NCBI GenBank assembly: GCA_048885705.1
Contig: JBHLLJ010000001.1
Location: forward strand, 8,544 to 72,543
Source: Candidatus Hermodarchaeota archaeon
GTDB taxonomy: Archaea; Asgardarchaeota; Lokiarchaeia; Sigyniarchaeales; SOKP01
Direction: 5' to 3'
Length of the DNA: 64,000 nucleotides
The notes under the pieces are model-generated. The model worked only from the letters and a program-made list of their open reading frames with translations. It did no database searches and was not told where the DNA came from. The position numbers and the translations under genes are program-made. Positions 38,637-47,499 of the stretch are shown piece by piece. Position 1 is the stretch's first letter, and every line of letters begins with the position of its first letter.

Positions 38637-39608
38637 TTAAAATTTACTTAGATTCTTCAAAAATTTAATTTTATTCGATATAATTTCTTTCTCTAAAAGA
38701 GATCTTTTTTCCATAATATCTTCATTTTCTTGTTTAACAGTTAACCAAGGAACATTAACTAATATAGGAATTCTAACTCCATTCCGATGACCATAATATC
38801 TAATTGGTAAAAAAGGATGAATAAATTCTCCAAACGCTTCTCCATGATCTGCTGTAATAACTGTTATACCAGGAAGTATTTTTAATAATTTTTCTATATA
38901 TGGAAAAGTATATTCCAAATTTTTCCAATAACCTCTGAGATGTATACCAATATCTATCATTCCATAAACATAAGAACTGTATAATGTGAAAAAATTTTCT
39001 TTAATTCTTTTCTTATTCGGACTTTTTACTATTGCATCTTTTTTTTTTAAAGCAGTATCCCTTATTGTTTCAAGGTTGTTAAATTTAAGATTATATCCAA
39101 TATAAGGGTAATGAGGTTGCATAAAATGAATTATAATTTTTTTATTAGGATATTTCTTGATTGCATTGAGAGTAAGTATATACATATTCTTAGGTAAAAC
39201 TGTATGATATTCTGCATCCCATTCTTCTTTCCATAGAGAGATTATTTTAAATAGTTTCCCTTTAAGGAGTATATCTACATATGGATTAGCAGTAATATAA
39301 ATAATGTCATTGTAAAATTTATTTTTAAAATTTTCTGTTAAAAATGATGAAGTATGAGTTCCTCTTGAAATCTTCTTTTCAAGAATACCTTCTATCTTAT
39401 AATTCTTATATATTTTTTCAAAAAAATCGTATCTGCAAGCATCTAAGATAATTAAATTATCCCACTCTTCATCTAAGATATAAATCCCATTATTATTTCT
39501 ATATAATAAAGAAATTAATTTGTATAAAATATACTTGCGAAAAATCATTGGGTTCTTAATGCTTTTGATAGTCTTGATAATATTCTTTAGATCCAATTTT
39601 TTCCACAA
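38637..39608 (-). CDS. cytoplasmic alkaline-phosphatase-superfamily (sulfatase-fold) protein, no CxPxR motif
   Basis: 323 aa. Contains LIILDACRYDFF (metal Asp), SRGTHTSSFLTENF (Ser/Thr nucleophile region), IIIHFMQPHYPY, and ITADHGEAFGE. No signal peptide. Confidence 0.65.
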   Translation of the reverse strand: MWKKLDLKNIIKTIKSIKNPMIFRKYILYKLISLLYRNNNGIYILDEEWDNLIILDACRYDFFEKIYKNYKIEGILEKKISRGTHTSSFLTENFKNKFYNDIIYITANPYVDILLKGKLFKIISLWKEEWDAEYHTVLPKNMYILTLNAIKKYPNKKIIIHFMQPHYPYIGYNLKFNNLETIRDTALKKKDAIVKSPNKKRIKENFFTLYSSYVYGMIDIGIHLRGYWKNLEYTFPYIEKLLKILPGITVITADHGEAFGEFIHPFLPIRYYGHRNGVRIPILVNVPWLTVKQENEDIMEKRSLLEKEIISNKIKFLKNLSKF

Positions 39609-39684
39609 TTACTTTATATTTACATTTTTCTTTTCTAATTATTTTAAAATAAAATTTAAAATCATTTTCAATGACCTAAAACAA

Positions 39685-40947
39685 TTATTGTATCAATTCC
39701 TCAAATAATTTGATATAATTATTTACTAGTATTTCCCAGTTATAATTTTCTATAACTCTTTTATGACCATATTCCCCCATCATTATTCTCTCTTTTTCAT
39801 TTTCATATAAATAAACGATGGCATTTATTAATCCATTTAAATCATTTGGTTTAATCAATAATCCCGATTTTTGATGCTCAATAGCTTCCATAATTCCACC
39901 TGAAATTGTCCCAATAACTGGTAATTTATAAAAATTAGCTTCTAAATAGACGATGCCAAATCCTTCGATAGATTCTTTTGTTGCAATAGATGGCATAATA
40001 AAGACATCAGAGACTTTCAAATATTTATTTTTCATTTTGTCATCAACAGCACCTAGAAAGGTAACTTCTTCCTCTAATCCCAGAATCCTTGTCAAATATT
40101 TTAAATTTTCTGTTTCTGATCCACTGCCTACTAGGAAATATCTAAAATTTGCATATCTCTTTGTCTTTTTGAGAATTTCTATTGCTTGAATGACTAATTG
40201 GAAATTTTTTCTGGGTACATGACGACCTACGCTAATTAAAATAAAGTCTTTTTGTCTAATTGATAATTCTTTTTTTAATACTGAAACATCTTGTATTATT
40301 TTATAATCTTGAAGATAAAGACCGTAAGGAATTACTACTAATTGATAATCACTTAAATGATTAATCTTCTTTATCATTTCTTTATTTGTATTACTACTTA
40401 CAATTATTTTATCAATAGTTTTTAAAAAGTAAGTTTTTAATGAATACCGGGTGCGAACCAAGAAGTCTGTTCCATGAGCGCTACAAATAAACTTTTTTTT
40501 CATTAATCTTGATAAAATAAATCCTAAAGGTAGTTCAGTAGTTCCTAAAGTACTTCCAAATATCAGGTCTGGCTTAATTTTTTTTAGTAATGGATGTATT
40601 AATGATAAATTTTTGATGAGTTTTATTAAAACTTTTGGATTTATAAGAAGATAGATTATCATAGTAAGTTTGTAGTAGAATTTCAATCTTTTTGTTGTAA
40701 GTATCTTCCATATTGAGATTAAAAAATAGGAAAAGTATTCTCTTTTTTTAAATAGGACTAATAGATCTTTCAAATTGTAATTACTCGCATTATCTAAAAA
40801 ATCAAATATATTTTTACCTCTGAATTTTCTATTAAAAATAAATAGATTTTGGTTCTTAAGCTTAAAGGCTTTACACATATCAGTGAAAGATTTACCAATT
40901 CCTCCTATCGAAGGATAGAATTCAGATGCGATTAGACAAACTTTCAT
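39685..40947 (-). CDS. glycosyltransferase family 4-like (paralog of 30697-31956)
   Basis: 420 aa. Contains VGRHVPRKNF and PSIATKESIEGFGIVYLEANFYKLPVIGTISGGIMEAIEHQKSGLLIKPND. It runs collinear with the 419 aa GT at 30697. Confidence 0.85.
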   Translation of the reverse strand: MKVCLIASEFYPSIGGIGKSFTDMCKAFKLKNQNLFIFNRKFRGKNIFDFLDNASNYNLKDLLVLFKKREYFSYFLISIWKILTTKRLKFYYKLTMIIYLLINPKVLIKLIKNLSLIHPLLKKIKPDLIFGSTLGTTELPLGFILSRLMKKKFICSAHGTDFLVRTRYSLKTYFLKTIDKIIVSSNTNKEMIKKINHLSDYQLVVIPYGLYLQDYKIIQDVSVLKKELSIRQKDFILISVGRHVPRKNFQLVIQAIEILKKTKRYANFRYFLVGSGSETENLKYLTRILGLEEEVTFLGAVDDKMKNKYLKVSDVFIMPSIATKESIEGFGIVYLEANFYKLPVIGTISGGIMEAIEHQKSGLLIKPNDLNGLINAIVYLYENEKERIMMGEYGHKRVIENYNWEILVNNYIKLFEELIQ

Positions 40948-41236
40948 TTATTTGGAGAAACTTCTCTATTTTATCATAGTAAATTTAAGTAATCTAATAG
41001 AAGATCTCTAAAAAACATTTAGTATAAGAGAAAATATATTTCTAATTAATATCTCTAATATAATTAACCTTTGTGAGATTATTGAGTATTTAGATATTTA
41101 TTTCGCATTAAGATTATTTTTTTAATCCAGATTTATAACTATTCTTTTATTAATTTAATATAATTATCCGTCATTATATAAAATTAAATATAATGAAAGA
41201 CTACTAAAATTTAAAATACTATTAAGGTAAATTATC

Positions 41237-41476
41237 ATGTCAGAAGATGAACATAAAGTAGAATATACGACAGTTTCAATTCCTAAGCCTCTTGTTGATA
41301 AAATTAAGGAAAGAATGAAGGGTACAGGTTTTGCATCTGTATCTAGCTATGTCACATATGTTCTAAGACAGGTTATTTCTTCAATAGAAGAAGAAGAGAA
41401 ATCCAGGCAAGCATTTACTAAGGAAGAGGAAGAAAAAGTAAAGCAACGCTTAAGAGACTTAGGTTATATCGATTAA
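41237..41476 (+). CDS. ribbon-helix-helix (CopG-like) DNA-binding protein
   Basis: 79 aa. TTVSIPKPLVDKIKERMKGTGFASVSSYVTYVLRQVI matches the beta-strand/helix/helix layout of RHH proteins. The C-terminal tail is acidic and ends LRDLGYID. Confidence 0.65.
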   Translation: MSEDEHKVEYTTVSIPKPLVDKIKERMKGTGFASVSSYVTYVLRQVISSIEEEEKSRQAFTKEEEEKVKQRLRDLGYID

Positions 41477-41528
41477 AAAGGAATATTTTCAAAATTATAT
41501 TAAAAAATGCATGAGGTTATGAAATTAA

Positions 41529-42677
41529 ATGATAAAACCACATGGTGGATTATTAATTAATAAAGAACTGCCTAGAATTGAGAAACAAAGGATATTGGGA
41601 GAAATTGATGAGTATGAAACCATAGAAGTTAACCCAGAAACTCTAAAAGTAATAAAGAATATTTGTTATGGAGTTTTTAGTCCTTTAGAAGGATTTTTAA
41701 ACGAAAATGATTATCATTACGTTTTAGATACCATGTACTTGGAAAATAATGTTGCATGGCCCCTTCCAATCACACTTGATGTTTCAGAACAAGAAATTAA
41801 AAGTATTAAACCTGGTGATAAAATAATTCTTAAAAATGAAAATGAAACTGCGATTGCATTAATGAGTGTTGAAACCATTTATAACTATGATAAAAAGGAA
41901 TACGCTGAAAAAACGTATGGTACATTAGATAAAAATCATCCAGGAGTTGAAGCTGTTTTCAATTATAAAAGAAAACTAATGGGTGGAGAAATTTTTCTAA
42001 TTACTGACCCAAAACCAATTTTTCCTGACTTAGATTTAAAACCTGTTGAAACAAGAGTACTTTTTAAGGAAAGGGGATGGGATAGAGTAGTTGCTTTTCA
42101 AACAAGGAATCCTCCTCATTTAGGGCATGAGTATGTTCAGAAAGCAGGATTGACATATGTAGATGGTCTTTTTATTAATCCTGTAATAGGAAAAAAGAAA
42201 GTGGGTGATTTTCTGGATGAAGTAATAATTGAATCATATAAAGCATTAATAAAAGAATATTATCCAAAAGATAGAGTGGTTTTAAGCACATTTGAAACAG
42301 AAATGAGATATGCTGGCCCAAAAGAAGCTATTTTCCATGCAATAGCAAGAAAAAATTATGGGTGCGATCATATTATTATTGGAAGAGATCATGCTGGCGT
42401 TGGAGATTACTATGGTCCATATGATGCACATTATATCTTCGATAGATTTCCAGATTTAGGAATCGAACCAATAAAATTTAGATCTTTTTCAAAATGCAGT
42501 AAATGTGATGGAGTTGTGAATGATAAAATTTGCCCTCATCCTCCCGAGAAGCAAAATTATTTTGCAGGAAGAGAAATAAGAGATTCTATACGACAAGGAA
42601 AACCACCTAGTATTGAAGTTATGCGTCCTGAAGTCGCCGAGGTTATCCTTAGATATAAAAATCCATTCGTAACATGA
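41529..42677 (+). CDS. sat: sulfate adenylyltransferase (ATP sulfurylase)
   Basis: 382 aa. Contains the N-terminal IKPHGG, QTRNPPHLGHEY and IIGRDHAGVGDYYG. Confidence 0.93.
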   Translation: MIKPHGGLLINKELPRIEKQRILGEIDEYETIEVNPETLKVIKNICYGVFSPLEGFLNENDYHYVLDTMYLENNVAWPLPITLDVSEQEIKSIKPGDKIILKNENETAIALMSVETIYNYDKKEYAEKTYGTLDKNHPGVEAVFNYKRKLMGGEIFLITDPKPIFPDLDLKPVETRVLFKERGWDRVVAFQTRNPPHLGHEYVQKAGLTYVDGLFINPVIGKKKVGDFLDEVIIESYKALIKEYYPKDRVVLSTFETEMRYAGPKEAIFHAIARKNYGCDHIIIGRDHAGVGDYYGPYDAHYIFDRFPDLGIEPIKFRSFSKCSKCDGVVNDKICPHPPEKQNYFAGREIRDSIRQGKPPSIEVMRPEVAEVILRYKNPFVT

Positions 42678-42713
42678 TTTTAATTTTAATATTTAGATTC
42701 AAGTTTTTCGATC

Positions 42714-44096
42714 ATGATTAGAAAGAAATTATTTATCATCGGATTAGATTGCGCAACGCCAAAAACATTATTTGAAGAATTTATCGGGGATTGTCCTAAT
42801 ATAAGAAAATTGATGGAATCAGGTGTCTATGGAAAACTAAGGACATGTGATCCTCCAATCACAATTCCTGCTTGGTTAGTAATGTCAACAGGGAAAAAAG
42901 CTGGAACCTTAGGATTATACGGTTTTAGACATAGAAAAAAGAATTCCTATGGTGATTTCTGGATTGCTTCTTCTTTTAGTACAAAAGAACCAAAAGTATG
43001 GGATATTATTGCTCAAAAAAACTTAAAATCATGTATTTTAGGAATACCACCAACTTATCCGCCTCAAAAAGTAAATGGGTGCCTTGTCACAGGATTTATT
43101 ACTCCAGACCGCAATACAGAATTCACATACCCGCCAGAGCTTAAAACTGAAATTTTAAAGTACATTGGAGATTACATTTTCGATGTTAATTTTAGAGTGG
43201 ATAAGAAAGAGAAATTGTTAAAAGAAATTTATGAAATGAGTGAGATTCAATTTAAAACTGTAAAATTTTTAATGCAAAATAAAGAATGGGATTACTTTAA
43301 ATTCGTGATAATAGGTTTAGATAGATTCCATCATGCATTTTGGAAATATTTTGATAAAAATCATCATAAATATAAACCCGGAAATGAGTTTGAATTTGAA
43401 ATGAAAAAATATTATCATTATTTAGATAATAAAATAGGAGAACTTTTAGATTTACTCGATGTTAATACAATGATAATGGTAGTATCAGATCATGGTGCAA
43501 AAGCAATGAAAGGATTGATATGTATAAACATGGCTCTTGAAGATTTAGGATATTTGAAATTCAAAACAAAGCCAAAACCAAGAACTAGAATTGGAGATGC
43601 AGACATTGATTGGAATAATACTTATGCCTGGGGATGGGGTGGATATTATGCACGAATATTTTTAAATTTAAAAGGTAGAGAACCAAATGGAATTATAGAA
43701 GAAAAAGATTTTGAAAAGTATCGAGAGGAAATTAGGCAAAGATTGAAAAGTATAAAGGATTCTAATGGGAATCCAATGAATACTAAGATCTATAAACCAG
43801 AAGAGATTTTTGAGATTACCCGAGGGGATTCACCTGATTTAATTGTATATTTTGATGATTTGAATTGGAGATCAGCGGGAACAGTTGGGTATGACTCAAT
43901 GTATTTAAGTGAAAATGATACTGGACCTGATGATGCTGTTCATGATTGGTATGGTATATATATTATTAATGATCCAAAGAAAAAAATAGGGAAAGATTTA
44001 GGAATTAAAAGTATTCTTGACATAGCACCTACTTCTCTTGATCTTTTAGGTTTTGAGGTTCCTTTTGATATGGAAGGTAATATTATTAGATTTTAG
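42714..44096 (+). CDS. alkaline-phosphatase-superfamily protein, nucleotide pyrophosphatase/phosphodiesterase (NPP)-like
   Basis: 460 aa. Contains FIIGLDCATP (metal Asp), DPPITIPAWLVMSTGKKAGTLGLYGF (Thr nucleophile context, like the NPP T-x-P-x-h...TG) and MVVSDHGAK. It sits between sat and cysC with gaps of 36 and 19 bp. Confidence 0.8.
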   Translation: MIRKKLFIIGLDCATPKTLFEEFIGDCPNIRKLMESGVYGKLRTCDPPITIPAWLVMSTGKKAGTLGLYGFRHRKKNSYGDFWIASSFSTKEPKVWDIIAQKNLKSCILGIPPTYPPQKVNGCLVTGFITPDRNTEFTYPPELKTEILKYIGDYIFDVNFRVDKKEKLLKEIYEMSEIQFKTVKFLMQNKEWDYFKFVIIGLDRFHHAFWKYFDKNHHKYKPGNEFEFEMKKYYHYLDNKIGELLDLLDVNTMIMVVSDHGAKAMKGLICINMALEDLGYLKFKTKPKPRTRIGDADIDWNNTYAWGWGGYYARIFLNLKGREPNGIIEEKDFEKYREEIRQRLKSIKDSNGNPMNTKIYKPEEIFEITRGDSPDLIVYFDDLNWRSAGTVGYDSMYLSENDTGPDDAVHDWYGIYIINDPKKKIGKDLGIKSILDIAPTSLDLLGFEVPFDMEGNIIRF

Positions 44097-44102
44097 AGGA
44101 GG
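44097..44102 (+). promoter_or_regulatory. Shine-Dalgarno AGGAGG upstream of the cysC GTG start
   Basis: It lies 13 nt before the GTG at 44116. The frame opens only at 44110, after TAA 44107-44109, so the GTG is the only available start. Confidence 0.5.
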
Positions 44103-44115
44103 TATGTAAGTAAAA

Positions 44116-44661
44116 GTGGAACATAAAGGATTTACATTGTGGTTTACTGGACTTCCATGTTCGGGTAAAAGCATCCTTGCGAACGCAGTTGCTGAGGACT
44201 TAAGAGCCCGCGGAATGAAAGTAGAACGCCTTGATGGAGATATCGTAAGAAAAAGTCTAACTAGAGATTTGGGTTTTACTGAAGAAGATAGAAATATGAA
44301 CATTGAACGAGTAACATTTGTAGCTAAATTATTAACTCGAAATGGAGTGGCTGTACTTGCTTCTTTTGTATCACCATATAATAAGATTAGAGATTATTCA
44401 CGCGAAGAAATTGGTGACTACATTCTTGTATATGTAAAATGTTCTCTTGAGGAATGTGAAAAGCGTGATGTTAAGGGAATGTACGCAAAAGCCAGAGCAG
44501 GTGAAATAAAAGATTTCACTGGAATTGATCATCCTTTTGAAGAACCGGATAAAGCAGATATAATTGTTGAAACTGATATACAAACAGTAGAAGAAAGCAA
44601 AGAAATTATATTGAAAGCCCTAGATTCGATGGGATATTTGCCTAATAAAAATAAACAATGA
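44116..44661 (+). CDS. cysC: adenylylsulfate (APS) kinase
   Basis: 181 aa. Contains the P-loop FTGLPCSGKS, LDGDIVR, and SFVSPY. Confidence 0.9.
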   Translation: MEHKGFTLWFTGLPCSGKSILANAVAEDLRARGMKVERLDGDIVRKSLTRDLGFTEEDRNMNIERVTFVAKLLTRNGVAVLASFVSPYNKIRDYSREEIGDYILVYVKCSLEECEKRDVKGMYAKARAGEIKDFTGIDHPFEEPDKADIIVETDIQTVEESKEIILKALDSMGYLPNKNKQ

Positions 44662-44687
44662 TCAATTTGTATATTTAGAAAATTAAT

Positions 44688-45617
44688 TTAATTAATTAAA
44701 AGTTTTTTTACTTGTTTTAATACTTCTTGTCTATTCAAGCTATATTTATTTAATAAAATTTCTCTTTTACCTGATTGGGCAAATTTATTATTAATTCCAA
44801 CGAATCTTATTTTTTTAGGATCCTTTTTTGAGATGATTCGGGCAATTATACTTCCAAAACCACAATAGATATTATGTTCTTCTAGAACTACAATTCCTTC
44901 AACATCATTAATCTCATTTAATAAAGTTTTTTCATCTATGGGTTTAACAGTTGGAAGATTAATTACTTTAATTGATAAATTTAATTCTTTTTCGATACTT
45001 AAGACTGAATCAAAAGCCAACACAGTTCCATAGCCAATTCCAATCAAACAAATATCTTTTCCTTCTTTTAATATATCAGGTTTACCTATTTTAAAATTAT
45101 AATCATCATTATGTATTTTAGGAAATGAACCTCTTGGTAATCGAACATAAAAAGTACCTTCAGTTTTAAATACAAATTCTAATATTTTAACAAGTTCAAG
45201 GTTATCTGATGGCACTAATACAGTTATATTGGGTAAAGATCCCATTAAACTTAAATCCTCTAAAGCGTTATGAGTACTTCCATCTTGTCCTACAATCCCC
45301 CCATGTGTAGTCACAATTTTTACATTCAAATTATCATGACAGGCAAATCTTATAAATTCCCATGCTCTTCCAGTTGTAAAGATGGAAAATCCACTTACAA
45401 CAGGAATTTTACCCGAGATTGCAAATCCCAATGCTGTACCTAACATATTTTGTTCAGCAATCCCCATATTAAAGAACCGTTGAGGAAATTTTTTAGCAAA
45501 TTTACTTGTCCTGGTAGAAGTAGAAAGATCTGCATCTAATACTACAATATCTTTATTTTTTTGACCTTCTTCAACTAAAAAAACTCCGAAAGTATCTCTA
45601 AGTGTCGAGTTTGGCAT
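44688..45617 (-). CDS. transketolase, C-terminal (pyrimidine-binding) subunit
   Basis: 309 aa. Contains NMGIAEQNMLG and THGGIVGQDGSTHNALEDL. Its ATG abuts the stop of the N-terminal subunit (45615-45620, cat|tta on the plus strand). Confidence 0.9.
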   Translation of the reverse strand: MPNSTLRDTFGVFLVEEGQKNKDIVVLDADLSTSTRTSKFAKKFPQRFFNMGIAEQNMLGTALGFAISGKIPVVSGFSIFTTGRAWEFIRFACHDNLNVKIVTTHGGIVGQDGSTHNALEDLSLMGSLPNITVLVPSDNLELVKILEFVFKTEGTFYVRLPRGSFPKIHNDDYNFKIGKPDILKEGKDICLIGIGYGTVLAFDSVLSIEKELNLSIKVINLPTVKPIDEKTLLNEINDVEGIVVLEEHNIYCGFGSIIARIISKKDPKKIRFVGINNKFAQSGKREILLNKYSLNRQEVLKQVKKLLIN

Positions 45618-46484
45618 TTAAAACCCCTCTAAGAGTTCTTTTTTAATTTTCTCAAGCTCTTTAAGAGCAGCTTCATATTCTTGTTTATTAGGTGCCCTTC
45701 CATGAAACTCTCTAGTGTGTTGCATAAAGGATATTTCAGATCCTTTGATTAGATAAGATATTATTACTTTAGGTTTACCAATTATAGACTTAGAACGTTC
45801 AAACCCTTGCAATAAGTTTGTTAAATTCGAACCATCAATTTCAATTACTTCCCAACCAAAAGCCTTCCATTTCTCTCCTAATGGTTCTAATGCCATTATC
45901 TCTTCTGTTGAACCATCTATCTGCAATCCATTACGATCCACAATTGCAATTAGATTGTCTAATTTAAAGTGATTAGCTGACATAGCTGCTTCCCAAATTG
46001 CACCTTCATTTAATTCTCCATCTCCTAATAAAACAAATATTTTTTTATCAGAATTATCTAATTTAGCAGATAAAGCACATCCAATACCAATCGATAAACC
46101 CATTCCTAAAGAACCTGTAGAGATCTCTATTCCAAATTCTGGATTTTTAACTGGGTGACCCTGTAATTTTGAGTTAAACTCTCTTAAAGTAAATAATTCC
46201 TCTCTTTTTATTAGACCAAATTTTGATAAAACAGCATATAGTGCAGGTGCTGCATGACCCTTACTCAATATAAACATATCTCTTTCTTTCCAAGAAGGAT
46301 TTTTAAAATTAATTCTCATTATAGAATAATATAGAAGATATATAATAGTAACACATGATAATGAGCCACCTGGATGACCAGATTGAGCGTTATATATCAT
46401 TTTCAAAATATCTTTTTTGATATCTAAAATATCAATTAAAATTTTTTTTTCAATCGTTTTAGAAAGTGCCATTCTAACACACAA
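45618..46484 (-). CDS. transketolase, N-terminal (TPP-binding) subunit
   Basis: 288 aa. Contains SGHPGGSLS, LSKGHAAPALYA, LLGDGELNEGAIWEA and VDRNGLQIDG. Confidence 0.9.
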   Translation of the reverse strand: MCVRMALSKTIEKKILIDILDIKKDILKMIYNAQSGHPGGSLSCVTIIYLLYYSIMRINFKNPSWKERDMFILSKGHAAPALYAVLSKFGLIKREELFTLREFNSKLQGHPVKNPEFGIEISTGSLGMGLSIGIGCALSAKLDNSDKKIFVLLGDGELNEGAIWEAAMSANHFKLDNLIAIVDRNGLQIDGSTEEIMALEPLGEKWKAFGWEVIEIDGSNLTNLLQGFERSKSIIGKPKVIISYLIKGSEISFMQHTREFHGRAPNKQEYEAALKELEKIKKELLEGF

Positions 46485-46493
46485 ATTAGTAAA

Positions 46494-47492
46494 TTATATT
46501 TTTTTCATTTTAGCTATTATATATTTTTGAAGTTGATCCTGTTTATAGAATTCTACTGGAGGGAGGGTTGCTGTAAGTGCAGCAGCATAAAGTGCAATTT
46601 TAATTCCATCTGAAATCGAAATTTTAGAGGCATAAGTCAACCCTAAAATAGCCATAATTACACTACCAACTGCTACATAACTTCTAACTGGTTGTTTCAG
46701 TATAGGTTGAAATTTTTCAATTGTATCATTTCCCCTTGAAAAGAGATATGATTCTAATTCTAAGTAATTTAAAAGTAAGCTTTTGCATTTTGATGCGTTT
46801 AAAATTCTTTTTCCAGCAATTATAATGCTAGTTTCATTACAACAATCGATTGAAAATGTATCCAAAGCTTTTTGAAGATTCATTTTAATTAAGTCTACAT
46901 TTTCATAAAGATAATAATTTGAAATGGTAGGGCGTACTATTATTGGTACATCTTGAAATTTTTCTTTCAATAAAAATAACAATTTTTGTATAAATTGATC
47001 ATTGAAAATACCACCTAAACCATAATCTAAAATTAAAATAGATGATATATCTTGAGAACTTTCGGCTATTAAATTTTTGAATTTTTCTTTAATTGATGGA
47101 GAAATATCTCTATTATAATCAGTTTCTAATCGTAAGAGATGCTGATTCATAGCTTTTATTCTAGTTATTTGGGGAGTTTTTATTGTTTCATTTATAAGAA
47201 TTCCAGAATGATTTAATTTTAAGTCTTTAATCTTTTTTAAAAAAAAATCTCCTTCAAAATCATTACCGATTATAGTACAAACCTTTGGGATTCCTCCTAA
47301 TGATTGAATAAATTGCAGAACTAAACCAATTGCACCGATATAAATATTACTGTTCTCTATTTTAACATTAGGGACAGGAGCATCAGGAGATATTCTATCT
47401 GTGTGACCAAAAATATATTTATCTATTAATGCATCTCCAATAACCAATACATTTTTTTTATTCCATTTGGAAATTTCATCAATAAGAGCCAT
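46494..47492 (-). CDS. PfkB-family carbohydrate kinase homolog, RfaE/HldE domain-I-like, with degenerate catalytic motifs
   Basis: 332 aa. The N-terminus VLVIGDALIDKYIFGHTDRISPDAPVPNV closely parallels heptose-7-P kinase domain I. However, GGAANV is replaced by GAIGLV, and the GAGD anion-hole/catalytic-Asp motif by AVGS (46662-46673). Confidence 0.65.
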   Translation of the reverse strand: MALIDEISKWNKKNVLVIGDALIDKYIFGHTDRISPDAPVPNVKIENSNIYIGAIGLVLQFIQSLGGIPKVCTIIGNDFEGDFFLKKIKDLKLNHSGILINETIKTPQITRIKAMNQHLLRLETDYNRDISPSIKEKFKNLIAESSQDISSILILDYGLGGIFNDQFIQKLLFLLKEKFQDVPIIVRPTISNYYLYENVDLIKMNLQKALDTFSIDCCNETSIIIAGKRILNASKCKSLLLNYLELESYLFSRGNDTIEKFQPILKQPVRSYVAVGSVIMAILGLTYASKISISDGIKIALYAAALTATLPPVEFYKQDQLQKYIIAKMKKI

Positions 47493-47499
47493 TTTCCAA

